DNA of 59,014 nt, filler included, from Basidiobolus ranarum (taxonomy: Eukaryota): NCBI GenBank assembly GCA_040143965.1. It is 4 parts of 4 records of this genome, joined end to end, with 100 filler letters (N's around TTAATTAATTAA, not from the genome) between each part and the next. Parts side by side here need not be neighbours in the genome. Positions count along the whole stretch, not along the records: positions 14,840 to 29,529 come from JASJQH010000415.1; positions 29,630 to 44,276 come from JASJQH010000416.1; 2 more parts are not named here. The stretch is one strand, 5' to 3'. Below are positions 26,158-38,152 of the stretch, piece after piece; within the stretch, counting starts at the first letter, position 1; every line of letters begins with the position of its first letter. Under the pieces are notes generated by a model, which was not told where the DNA came from, searched no databases, and saw nothing but the letters and a program-made list of their open reading frames with translations. Both the position numbers and the translations under genes were made by a program.

Positions 26158-26522
26158 CTACTTTCCACCCATGGCCTGTTGGGTCATTCCAGAGAGCTTG
26201 TTACCAACCAATTGGTTGACTTGGAAGAACTGAGCCACACAGTGATCAATACAGGAGTTCTCTTCGTTGTTGAGTTCACCGCTCTCGTACTTTTTACTAA
26301 TGCATTTCTTGTGACAAGAGTCAATAATGCTAGAAACAAAAGTAAATAAGTAAAATGGAGCGACATGTTTAATAACCTCCTAACTATATACTGGTTTGTT
26401 ACTCACCGGTTGTAAAGATCAGTGACCATATCTAACTCATTCTCAGCCATGGCGATGGCCATAGGATCGAAGCGGTTATTTTGAGGTTGTTGATAACCAC
26501 CGCGCATACCACCGAAATTCAT
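26158..26522 (-). CDS. TIM10: Mitochondrial intermembrane-space small Tim chaperone Tim10, 2 exons (26522-26407, 26329-26158)
   Basis: Spliced product …AENELDMVTDLYNRIIDSCHKKCISKKYESGELNNEENSCIDHCVAQFF… with twin CX3C. Not in the ORF track in the correct frame. Confidence 0.9.
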
Positions 26523-28029
26523 TTTTTTTAAGTGAGTGAAAGTAAGTCGTTAAGTTGGTCAAACCAAAGTGCTCGTCAATTATCGAAAGTCAAAATAGAA
26601 GACCTACCAACCTCCTTGAATATGAAAAAGCTTTTCATAAAAAATAGGAGTACACGGGTACAAGAATGGGTCGACTAAGGATTCTGCTTAATTTAGTTAT
26701 AAATTGATTATCTTAATCAAGTTCAATCGATCCTTCTTGATTCTTCCCTTTAATGGCTGAATTATGTACAATCATATAGGCAGTGTGGTCTTACCCATTT
26801 TTAAAAATATATGCCCCTTTTTGATAATAATGCTTAGTTTTTATCAAAGTTTGGAATTCTCTAAATATTCTTTTTGACGGCATCTTCCCATATTTCTTCA
26901 GTAACTCGGTTGCTATGCTAAGCTTATTATTTTCCTAATCTCCTAATCCCAAGATACTCAGTTGGAATATATTGAGCTTTAAGATTGAGCTTTGAACCGG
27001 TATAAGACCCTTTCCTTTCTTCGATAATCCTGTGGGAAGAAGAGTTAAAATATATGAGGTAGTGTAATTTCCTATCCAACTTCGAATTAAACACCTTAAC
27101 TACCTGATTATGTATTCTCCAAAGTTAGTATCTCCAAAAAGATGTCAACCTTCTTAGAAGGCAACCTTTTCAGGAGAAATATCAACAAATGGTTTTCTAT
27201 TTCTAGTGGGTATTTAATGCAATGGAAGGGAATAGGCGGCACCACATGTAGTTGGAGATAGTAATCGGAAAAACAATCCCCCTATGTATGCATACCATAA
27301 TGAAGATTTGATGCAACCATGCACTTACTCGAATATCACCCTCGATCTACAAATTACCCTCGATCCACAAAATAGAGATGTTCATGCTATTTAAATGATT
27401 GACTCTGTTGGCCAATTACCAAATAGATAGTTTTCTATTAACTTGGGATATAATGTAGTGTTCAAGTATCTAGGACCAGTTGTATGTACTTGAGGTGGAG
27501 CTATATAAGGACTATGCTATAGGTGCTTTCAATTCACCAGAACAAGTTGTGTATCTTACCAATTGCTTTGAAGAATTCCAAATACCTCCAATTTATCCCA
27601 AATACTGGTCAAACATTTGAGGTTGGAAAAACACTCTATCACATGGAACAACCATAATATTTGAATGTGAGTATTGTTCAAAGAAAAATATCATATACCA
27701 ATAGTATCATACATTGTTGAGCATGAATAACATTGTTGAGCTCAAAGCACTTTTGAGAAGAATATGTGTACCAGGTTTGGCATCTCAATTACAAGTTTGA
27801 GAAAAGCATATAATTAGAGAACTTCCAAGTTGACAAAAATAGTCACAGTACATTTCATGTAAAGATATGGAACAAAAACATTGTGAAATTCAAGTGACAA
27901 GCTCTATGGCAGTATAGAAACTTAAGCCAAGTCATTTTTGATGCACTCATTCCCTTAGTTAATTCTTCAATATACATATATGCAAGACTATCTGAACTCA
28001 GAGTTTTACTCCAGGTTAAAAAAGAACAA

Positions 28030-29529
28030 TGTGCCTTTAAAATGATGTGTCTTAATGTTAAAGAGAAATAGCTAATTCAATGTTCATGAGCTAAAACTGT
28101 CAAGAAAGTATGGAAAGCCTTGAAAGACACCTACCAAACAAGTTCTACTGCCAACAAGATGTTTCTAAGAAGACATTTCTTTAACTTAAAGAAGAAGCTA
28201 GGAGAAGACATTAAATCACTATTTATAAAGTTACTATTCTAGTGAATGAAATGGAATGCATTGGAGTACCTACCACTGATTAGGATATCATAGTTATAGT
28301 CCTGAATAGCCTGTCACATGAGATTCAGAGCCTAGTAATGGCTCTAGAATTATGAACTGAAAATTAGACCTTGAATTATATATTTGGCAGACTTCTGGAT
28401 GAAGATTTATGCAAGTTAGGATCCTGCCAAAATAATGAAGAAACTGCTTTAATAGGATACAGGATACCTTTGTACAAAGGTCATGAGCACATGAAAAAGA
28501 AAAGTAACATATTCTGTGATTACTGTAAAAGAACTGGCCTTTTAAGCAAAGATTGCTTTAAAAGAATTGCAAAGGATGAAAGCATACTGAATCTGAAAGT
28601 GTGACTACAACAGAAGACTACTTATTCTTATCTGCTCAATCTATGACTAACAACAAGGATTCTCAGACATGGTATATTGATTCTGGAGCCTCACAAATTA
28701 AAAGCATTGATTTGTGGATTATCAAGAAATCCCAACCAGAAAGGTTTTCATGAGAGACAACCATACATCAGATGCCATTGGAATAGGCAAAATTCATGTC
28801 AATATAACTGGTGCTTCTGAAGAGAAAGTGTATACTTGTAAGGATGTACTACATGTTCCGGATATTGCCAAGAATTTAATATCTGTATGCAAGGCCACTT
28901 CAAATGGGCTAATATTCAATTTTGATGAGTCAGGATGCACCATCACTGATCAAAATGGGAATTACTTAGCTTCAGTAACAGGGATCAGAATTCATACCAA
29001 CTCATATATAATCCAAGAGGTTTATGTGTAAATATAAGTTATTCCAATCAAAAACCAATTCAATTATGGCATCAGTGATTTGGCCATATTGGATTGGATT
29101 ACTTGAGCAAAATGATCAACAATTACCTAATTTCTGGAATTCAAGTTAACCTCCCAACCAAAACAGAAATTTGTGAGGGTTGTACATATGGAAAAAGCCA
29201 GGAAACCATTCAAGAGCTTTGGTTCAATCAAATATCTCAAAAAATTGGATCTAATTCATTCAGATTTGTGTGGACCTATGCAAAATTTATCTTTAGGCAG
29301 AAAAAGATATTTAATCCCATTTATTGATGATTATACAAGTTACACTTGGGTAAACTTTATGGAAAGAAAAGAAGAAGCTCTCTCTATCTTTAGAGATTTT
29401 AAAACACTTGTGGAGACTGAAACTGGAACTAAAATCAAGAAAATATATACCATACATGGTGAAGATTATACTTCAACACTATTAAAATACTTTTGCAAAG
29501 TTTTTGGAATTGAGCAAGAAACCACAGCC
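28030..29529 (+). mobile_element. Decayed Ty1/copia gag-protease-integrase, truncated by the spacer
   Basis: Gag-like KKVWKALKDTYQTSSTANKMFLRR, knuckle remnant CDYCKRTGLLSKDC, protease WYIDSGAS, WHQ*FGH…CEGC and LIHSDLCGPM…FIDDYT; stops and frameshifts. Confidence 0.9.
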
Positions 29530-29629
29530 NNNNNNNNNNNNNNNNNNNNNNNNNNNNNNNNNNNNNNNNNNNNTTAATTAATTAANNNNNNNNNNNNNNN
29601 NNNNNNNNNNNNNNNNNNNNNNNNNNNNN
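29530..29629. other. Artificial contig spacer
   Basis: Same 44 N + TTAATTAATTAA + 44 N structure. Confidence 0.97.
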
Positions 29630-29714
29630 GTCTTGTGGTCTACACCCAAGTACTCTCCTGCCTTCTAGCCTCTTGTCGTTGTTCCCAGTCCTTGTCCAGT
29701 TCCTTATTGTGACA
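29630..29714 (+). mobile_element. 3' end of a Gypsy (chromovirus) LTR
   Basis: Closely matches the reverse complement of 56894-56978 and ends in TGTGACA. Confidence 0.88.
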
Positions 29715-30177
29715 GAACTAGCTTAACACAACTCCTGACTAGGATGTCTATACCCAAATGCATGGCGAATAGAGACACTCAGAATGGAACGTTGATTGAA
29801 CACCTACACCGATTATGACCCGGTTCAATAAGCACACCTAGATTCGATTTATATGTTTATTATTCTACGACTCCAAACTCATGTTCCTTAAGGAAGATAT
29901 CAGGGGCTGACAGAATTCGAAGTGGCGATCATTTTGATATTGTATTCTGTTTGAGTTACCACAGTAAAGTTGAGCCACTTGAAATGATAGTTTGCTCAGT
30001 GACAAAGACTGCTGAATAAGGAACATGGCTTTGAGTGCACCAAGTAATAATGATGGCTGAGGCTTCTAATACGGTAATTTTTTTTCTGCGCCATTATTAT
30101 TGCTAAACGTATATATGGTTTGATAAAGTTGCACTATTCGGCACCAAGCTATTTTCCAAATTACAAAGCCGCTCAAC

Positions 30178-30624
30178 ATGAAATCTATTATTTCACTCGT
30201 CCTGATCGCTCTTGCTACTCACGTATCATCTGCACCTACCGGGTTATCCAGCCAATGTGGGGGCTGGTCCGTCACTGCTTTATAGCATGCCTCTAGCAAA
30301 GGGGCACCGTTTTCATCGAATGACAAGGTGGTTCTTAAATGGACCATTTCTGGCTCTAAAGTCACGAACATTAGAGAGGTAGATCTTTATAGCGCTAAGA
30401 GTCACCAATTCCTACACACACAATATCGTAGCTATCCAGGAGTGGGTAGTACTAATGGCCGACTTGCATTCACTCTTAGTGTCCCACTTTGTCTGCAGAG
30501 AGATGGCTCGTACTATCTCGGAGTATATTCTAGCTCGTCAGGTCAAGATATGAATTGCTTTTTGCAAACACCCAACTTTCAGTTAACTGCTGACCCCAAA
30601 GGCAACTTCACCCTCTGCTCTTAA
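30178..30624 (+). pseudogene. Paralog of the 31437-31883 secreted protein with one in-frame TAG at codon 36
   Basis: Same 447-nt length and no frameshift; reads MKSIISLVLIALATHVSSAPTGLSSQCGGWSVTAL*HASSKG…; TAG at 30283-30285 aligns to Glu of the paralog. Confidence 0.8.
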
Positions 30625-31436
30625 GAAACAAACTCAGTGTATTTGGATTCTGGCATAAATCATCAAGTGTTTCTACTAAACCTCATATTCATTTCAATAA
30701 ACTTTCATGTCAAGCTGGCGAGCTGCCGAATATCTTATTAGTATCATACACAATTGTTTAACAGCTAAAATTGCTTAGTTAAACAAAGCATTGGTATCCT
30801 GAGGATCCAAAGTGAATTGATGACTTCTATAGCTGAATCAAAAACTTCTCAGTACTATATAATCTCCCCGGGCCACTAACCTATTTAAGCAGAAGTCATA
30901 TCATTTTACTTAGGCTTAGCCTGGTCAGACATCAATCCACTTCAAGCGTCAAATGTCTTTCCAACACAGGAATCTAGACTTGAAAGATGACGAGTACTAC
31001 TATCGGGCTTACTCGAGTTCATCGGGTGAACTACTTTCTTGAACCCTCAATCCAATGTCCTTTGTTGCATCATCATAAACCCAGCCTAACGCTACAAGCC
31101 AATTTTGGAATTACAAGTAATCTGAATTCGGCTTCAGAACGAAATTAATGGGCTGTGAGGGTTTGTGTCTACCATATAGGCAACATCTCTCATTCGACTC
31201 AAGCCCATGTTGCCTAAGGTTGGGGCGAAACCAAGGTCCACATTTTATATTTTCGGTATTCTTCAAATTGGAAAGTCATAAATAATATTGCTTTGGATTT
31301 GTAATTTTGATATATATAAGCAGTGTAAGCAACTATCTAACATCAAGTTCACTATTGAAGCCTTACAACTACTTCATCAAACAAGATCATCCCAAGCCGT
31401 CGCTACAAGCATATCCACAGTACTCTCCTACTCAGC

Positions 31437-31883
31437 ATGAAATCTTTTTTCACCGTCGCCTTAGCTGCCCTCGCCACTCAAGTATCTGCTGCACCTGTTG
31501 GATCATCTAGCCAGTGCCAAGGTTGGACAGTCGCTGCTCTTGAACATGCTTCAGGTCAAGAAGCAACATTTACATCAAATGACCAAGTAATCCTCAAGTG
31601 GACCGTCTCTGATTCTGAAGTGACAAACATCGGAGAAGTAGATCTTTACAGTGCTAAAACTAACGAATTCCTGCACACCCAATATCGTAGTTCGCCGGGA
31701 GTGATTGCAACCAGTGGCCAGCTCTCATTCACTCTCAATGTTCCACTTTGCTTGCAAAGAGATGACTCGTACTATCTCGGGGTGTATTCTAGCTCGTCAG
31801 GTCAAAATATGAATTGCTTTTTGCAGACACCCAACTTCCAGTTGACTGCTGACCCCAATGGTGATTACACCACATGCCCTTGA
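31437..31883 (+). CDS. Secreted 148-aa protein with 4 Cys, probable beta-sandwich (loosely like the Kre9/Knh1 N-terminal domain)
   Basis: Signal peptide MKSFFTVALAALATQVSA; strand-like segments VILKWTV, EVDLYS, LSFTLNVP and YYLGVYS; tandem paralog; TATATAA near 31312. Confidence 0.8.
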   Translation: MKSFFTVALAALATQVSAAPVGSSSQCQGWTVAALEHASGQEATFTSNDQVILKWTVSDSEVTNIGEVDLYSAKTNEFLHTQYRSSPGVIATSGQLSFTLNVPLCLQRDDSYYLGVYSSSSGQNMNCFLQTPNFQLTADPNGDYTTCP

Positions 31884-32958
31884 GGTCTTCGAACTAACTA
31901 AGTACATATTAATTTCCTATTCAAGTGTAGAAAGAAATATTTTATCCGATGATTGGGAACTTGTTAATAAGAAAATAAAGCATCACATGGAGAACATTCA
32001 TATTTATATGGCTTGATAGTTGTTGGCTTCAGGGTATTTTTAGAAGCGTATATTCTCCTATTCCTACAGCGTAGGAAAGGTGGCGATATCATATTTAGAT
32101 TATTGTTGGAAATATCTCAACAGATTGCTTAGTTGAAGTTAGCTAAAAAATGCGCGCTCATTTGAATTTTGAAAATTGAATGCTAATAATTGACTTGTTG
32201 ATACTGTGGCCAAAAGCAAAGTAATATGAAGTCTTGAACTAAACTGAACCATATAGACAGTTATGTAATAGGTCTTAGCCCTGATTTAATAGGAACTGTT
32301 AGCAAAGGTAGAGAGTGTAAGCCGCTAGGCTTAGAGTTTGATGAGTGTCAGATAACTAGGCTTTGGCTATTGCGCAATACATTAGCATATAACTGCAGGT
32401 ATCAGCTTTTACCTATATGATAAATCATATCGAATTCCTATATGCTTCCTCCAAGCTACAGCCTCTTTCTATCCACAAGGACTGGTTCCCTTCCACCAGT
32501 ATTATATCTGAGGCTAGCAAATAAGATCATTTACCAACCTATATTTGCTATTAAAATGGCTTATAAAATAACTGTTTCTACTCTTGATAATATTGTTTGG
32601 AAATCCGAACTTGTATGAAGTATACCCACGTCCCGAACATAGTAACTTATGCTGAGCAACTCAAATCTCTACTGAGGAGATGCAAAGGTTTTTACTTCTT
32701 TGTTGATAGAGTTAGAGCTGTCAATACCTTCTTTGGTTCATGCTACTTGTTGTAATTCATCCACATAGAAAAATATTTTGCAAATTCTTGAACACTTGCT
32801 CAAATATTATGATATATATGTAACACAAAATGCTCAATTGGATTTCCATCCTTGGCATGTAACAAAGCAGGTAGAAATAACTTGAATAACTGGCTCGATT
32901 TATTAACAACTAACAGATATATGGTATAAGTAAAAGGCGCGATCATTGGAAAGTTCCG

Positions 32959-33825
32959 TTAGAACTCTTTGATCCAGAACTTTCGGAATTCGAGCTGTTC
33001 TCCAGCTGTGTCAATTCTCTCCACTTCTTCTGAAGTCAGCTCAAAATCATTAAGTTGAAGAAATTTGGCTAGTCGATCAGGTTTGCTGGATGTAGTAACT
33101 ACGATATTCCCTTTATGCACTGACCATCTTAAAAGAACCTGACTTGCTGTTTTGGAGTACTTTTTGGCAATTGTTTCCACTACGCTGTCAACAGGACCTC
33201 CTGGTTTGTGTACAATTGACACTAGTGGGCCATACGCCTCCGTGAGAATTCCATGTTTCTTAGTATAGGAAACTAACTCGCGTGATTGAAGATAAGGATG
33301 AAATTCAATCTGATTGACAACAGGCTTGATGCGAGCTGCAGGAAGGAGGATTTCGAAGTCTTGGATGCGGAAGTTGGATACACCAATCGCACGAGTCAGC
33401 CCCAAGTCAACAAGATTCTCAATCGCGCTCCAGGCTTCCAAAAGGCTTATTCCTTGTGACTCTTTGTTAAAGAATGGTGAGTGAATAAGGTACAAATCTA
33501 CATAATCCAACTTTAGACGGGCCAAAGACTCCCGAAGAGCTTTCTCAGGGTTACTGATGTTTGTAATGACTTTAGTTGTAACAAAAAGCTCGTCACGAGG
33601 TACATTGGACTCTTCAATCGCTAAGCCAACTTCTTTTTCAGTTCCATAGATCTCTGCCGTATCAATATGACGGTAGCCAATCTTCACTGCTTCTTTTATG
33701 CTATCCACAAGCTTGCTGTTGATGGGACCATCATTCTTCCCGGTATACCAGGCAGTTCCGGTGCCGAACCCAATGACAGGTGCAGTTACAGTGCTAGACA
33801 GAGAGATTGTAAGTTGATTAGACAT
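32959..33825 (-). CDS. Aldo/keto reductase (Ydl124w/ketopantoyl-lactone-reductase-like), intronless
   Basis: PVIGFGTGTAW, GYRHIDTAEIY, LFVTTK, DYVDLYLIHSP, IGVSNF and NQIEFHPY; the D-Y-K-H catalytic tetrad is present. Confidence 0.95.
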   Translation of the reverse strand: MSNQLTISLSSTVTAPVIGFGTGTAWYTGKNDGPINSKLVDSIKEAVKIGYRHIDTAEIYGTEKEVGLAIEESNVPRDELFVTTKVITNISNPEKALRESLARLKLDYVDLYLIHSPFFNKESQGISLLEAWSAIENLVDLGLTRAIGVSNFRIQDFEILLPAARIKPVVNQIEFHPYLQSRELVSYTKKHGILTEAYGPLVSIVHKPGGPVDSVVETIAKKYSKTASQVLLRWSVHKGNIVVTTSSKPDRLAKFLQLNDFELTSEEVERIDTAGEQLEFRKFWIKEF

Positions 33826-35500
33826 TGTTATCTTAAGTGGAATTGATATCTTTCATCCACACACTAGCCAACTATTTATTCAAATTGAATCTCCAGAATC
33901 GTCATTTAGCCAATCTGTTCGTTATTCGCAGAAAATTTTCACCTAACAAATACTAAAGAATCTGATTTCGTCATCTTGACACCCGGTTGCACTCATCAGA
34001 TGCTCCTTTAGATTTGTAAGCAGACACGCAACTGTCCTTAAGCCACTTGGACATTGCCATAAAAATTCATCGAGAGTATGCATCTAGTGACGCATCTAAA
34101 CCAATGATCGACCATTATATCTAATTACCTATCGCAATACGGACCAACCAATTAGTAGTCATAATGGTGAATTTGACTACAGTAAGGCATTCAGAATTGA
34201 TCTCACAATGTACCACGGAATGCTATGAATTTAGAAATAACACCGTTTCTACGTTTGTACTGCACCAAGTGCGCCAACTAATTACCTAGATCTCGATATT
34301 CCACCCATTGGATCCATTCCATTAATGCTATGTTTTTGCATGCTAAATATTCCAATTGATCTGCAGAACCAGTAAAAATGCCTATCCTTTTCTAACATAA
34401 TGATACCCTGGGAAAACAGAATGGCAATGAATTTCCCACCCAATCTAATGAAGCAAATGGCAGTGGCTGAGTTATGTAACTTACTTTGATTTGAGTTGGT
34501 GGAAAAATAATCAATAAATGGCGACAACACAATTTGAACACGCTATCATGGTGTAACCAGACTTTTACTGAATACTTTTTAGCGGCAACAGTATCAAAGC
34601 AGTAAATGATCCATCAGGAAAACTACAGCTAGAGGTTGAGACAGACTTGAAATATAGCTTTAGGATACAGTTTGCGTATCAAGAATCGAACCATAACCAA
34701 AAGTACCTCAAGTTAGATCTATTCCAAAAACTCTAACCTCAGCTCTTGTTAGTGATATCTATCAGACTATCTAACAAACCACCAATTGATGTCAAACCTT
34801 GAGGTGTAGCAGCTAACTAAATATGAATTTACTGACCTTCATTCTAGCTTCAGATTTCGAGGATTAGTGTGATGGTACTCTAAGAATATGATGTAGCTTC
34901 AATATATGATGGCATTAGTATTTTTATGGTGTTTCCAGCAAGAGCATTTGGACACAGGTATATCATTTTGTCATGCTAGAATAATATCCTATGCCTGTGC
35001 CATAAGCTTTAGCTTCCCTGTAGGGGCAGCAAGATAGAGCTTAGCTTACAGCCTATGGGTTTAGAGTGATGGTTGGCATAGGATATGAAAGCCAATGTAG
35101 CTGATTGAAAGAATAAATATTATAGCGAAAGACGTGTTGCTCCTGAACCACCCGTAGGTTTGATTATATCAATCCAAAGTCATGCTCTTAGACAAGATGG
35201 CAATAAGGTAGATGTGCTAAAGAAGCTTGAAGCCTTTTGGATTATGTCTGTTAGGTTGCGCATGCAATTGCATGGGTGTTCTATAAAACTGTAATGATCT
35301 ATTATCACATGTACTGATGTGTGAATCGATTCAATATACATAAATAGTCTTGTCATGACTAAAATTTAACTCGATCAAATACAGTAACTGTGAGACTCGT
35401 AATTATTGGCTGGAATGAATTTTATTTTATCAAAAGCGAGATACATGAAAAGTTTGTTAGCCACCGTGTTAGAAAGGAGCCCAAGGCAATTCATAAAAGA

Positions 35501-37658
35501 ATGGGTTCTAAAAGACTAAGTGATTTATACTCTCTGTTAGACATAGCTAGTACTGTAGCTTCAAAAGCTGCTAGAAACCAGGCTGATAATGTCAGGTTTC
35601 ACTTTAAAACTTCTTCACTCACTAGACTTGCTCAAACCTCTCAGAATGCCGTCAGGGTACTCGCTGAAACTCGCTTAAACACGGCGAACTCGCAAAACAT
35701 AACTTCTAAACAAGAGTTATCTTTCAAAGATACAACCTCTGAATACATCGAGCAGGTACCCATCCCAGAAACCACTACTCGCTTAGATTCGGTGAATGGT
35801 ACCCCCCCTCGTGACGTTACTTCTGTATTAGACACCGAAACCAAAATCAGTGATTTACCCCAGAAAGAACGAGTAACACCCACGAAAGAAACCTATATAG
35901 ACTCCGTACCGATACCACAAAGTTTCGATGCTCATGCGTTTAAAAATGTGGAAGTGAAGCCCATAGAGAGCCTTCCTCATGAGAAGAAAGCGACTCCAAT
36001 TTCCCTAGAAGCTAGCTCTGCTGATACTACATTCGAGCCCATTAATGCAGAGCCCTTAGAGGTAAAAGACCTTTGATAACCTGTTTATCAACAATAACTT
36101 TGCTAATTCTTTCTGTAGGAAAAAAGAGTCCAACTAAAAGAATCTAAGGTTCCTACCAGTCGTATTGGGCGTATGTGGCAATATGGCAGTAAGTGAAACT
36201 CAACTGAACTTTGTTTGAATTGCTTTCTAATGTGATAAAATAGGCTTAGGGGTAGGTATCGGTTTTGGTGCTGTTGGTGAAGCGGTCCGTCGAGCCACCG
36301 GAAATTCCTCACTCTCGGGCAATCTTTTTATGAGTGAAGCTAATGTTGATCGCTTAGTGACTAAATTATCTCGTATGCGTGGAGCAGCTCTCAAATTAGG
36401 CCAGATGAATAGTATCCAGGACAACAAAATGCTTCCATCGCAACTTCAAGAAATCTTAACTCGAGTTCAAAATAGTGCCAACTACATGCCCCAGTCTCAG
36501 CTTGAGACTATCATGAAGGAACAGCTAGGAAGTGAGTGGCGTGAGCGATTCTTGGACTTTGATACTATCCCTGTTGCTGCCGCTTCTATAGGGCAAGTCC
36601 ACAAAGCCAAGCTGTTGGACAATTCATTGGTGGCTGTCAAAGTACAATATCCTGGTGTTGCAAAATCCATCGACGGAGATCTCAAGAGTTTGAAGTCTCT
36701 CTTAATGATGAGCAGCTTACTCCCCAAGGGGCTCTACTTGGATAACTCCATCAAAGCCATCCGACGAGAATTGGGCTGGGAATGCGATTACGTTCGTGAA
36801 GCCAAGTGCATAGAGACATTCCAGTCGTTCTTAAAAAATGATCCACACTTTGATGTGCCTAAAGTGTACCTCGATTTATCTACTTCTATGATCTTGACTA
36901 CGGAGTTCATGGATGGCGTTCCATTGAACAAAGCTGCTCGTTTTGACCAACAAACTAGAAACATGGTAGGTAGAATGTCTCAATAGTGGTTAATTGACGA
37001 TTTACCAAGCATCTATTTGCTTTTAGATTGGTGAGAAAATCCTTAGATTGTGCTTACGCGAGTTATTCGAGTTCCGTTACATGCAAACCGATCCCAATTG
37101 GACTAACTTCCTATATAATGAGAAAACTCGCAAGGTGATACGCGGTGGTTTTGCCCTTCTCTCACTTCTATCTCATCGTTTCTGTTTCTCCGTTCTAATC
37201 AACCCTACTTTTAGATCGAGCTCTTAGATTTCGGCGCAAGTCGTGGTTTCGACAAGAAATTTGTTGACCTCTATTTGAAGAACTTGATTGCCGCGACCAA
37301 CAAGGATCGTGAAGGTTGTATTCACTACTCACGCAAGCTTGGCTTCCTCACCGGTTACGAAACCGAGGTTATGAACCAAGCACATGTAGACTCTATGCTG
37401 ACTTTGGGTGAGCCCTTCCAAGTGGATGCCCCAGAAATCTACCCATTTTCCACGCAAACCATTACCGACCGAGTCACCGATACTATACCAACTATGATTC
37501 GTCATCGACTCACACCACCACCAGATGAGACTTACAGCCTTCATAGAAAACTCTCTGGTGCCTTTTTGCTTTGCTCTAAATTAGGAGCAGATGTACCTTG
37601 CAAGGCAATGTTCCAAGAAGTGGTTGAAAAGTATGAGTTCGATACTGAAATTGATTAA
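35501..37658 (+). CDS. COQ8: ABC1/UbiB-family atypical kinase Coq8, 5 exons (35501-36061, 36119-36188, 36244-36965, 37027-37134, 37215-37658)
   Basis: [11 protein letters not shown] (KxGQ motif), [35 protein letters not shown] and [15 protein letters not shown]. Confidence 0.95.
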
Positions 37659-38152
37659 ATCCATTCCAATTCTGGCGAACAGATATTTCTATCTCTCCTC
37701 TGAATACCTTGCCGTTAGCATGTTGACATTTAACCACCATTCATCACGATTACTTTGATATGTGTTTTGTGTTTTGATTTATCCAACCATTCTTTCCTTC
37801 TCCAACTGCTTCCTAACAATCCCCAAGGTTGTTCAATGCAAGGAAGTCTTATTCTCTCATCTTTTTAGTATTGAAGTTCATCCCAAAGCACAACTTAAGA
37901 AAGAATTTAATGACAAAAATCCACCGTTCAATATTCACTTGTTTGAGGGGAGATGAGGTCCATGAAACCGTGAGTTGGATTGGCGTTTTATTAGAGATTT
38001 CAATTTATCTTATTATGAACATATACGTATGTTAAAGAAGTCAATGGTTGAGAAAGAATGTTGCATATTAAATAGGTAAGATCGGTGTAAAATTTCAACT
38101 GCTGATTTCTAAAGAAAAGATCACAGGTGGGAAATAGACAGTATGACACTGC

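Noticed and set aside
30283..30285. A-to-I editing (TAG to TGG) or genetic-code reassignment as an explanation for the amber codon
   Set aside because: The paralog has Glu rather than Trp at this position, and TAG ends several other genes in the window (azgA, TIM10, HEATR6, SPF1).
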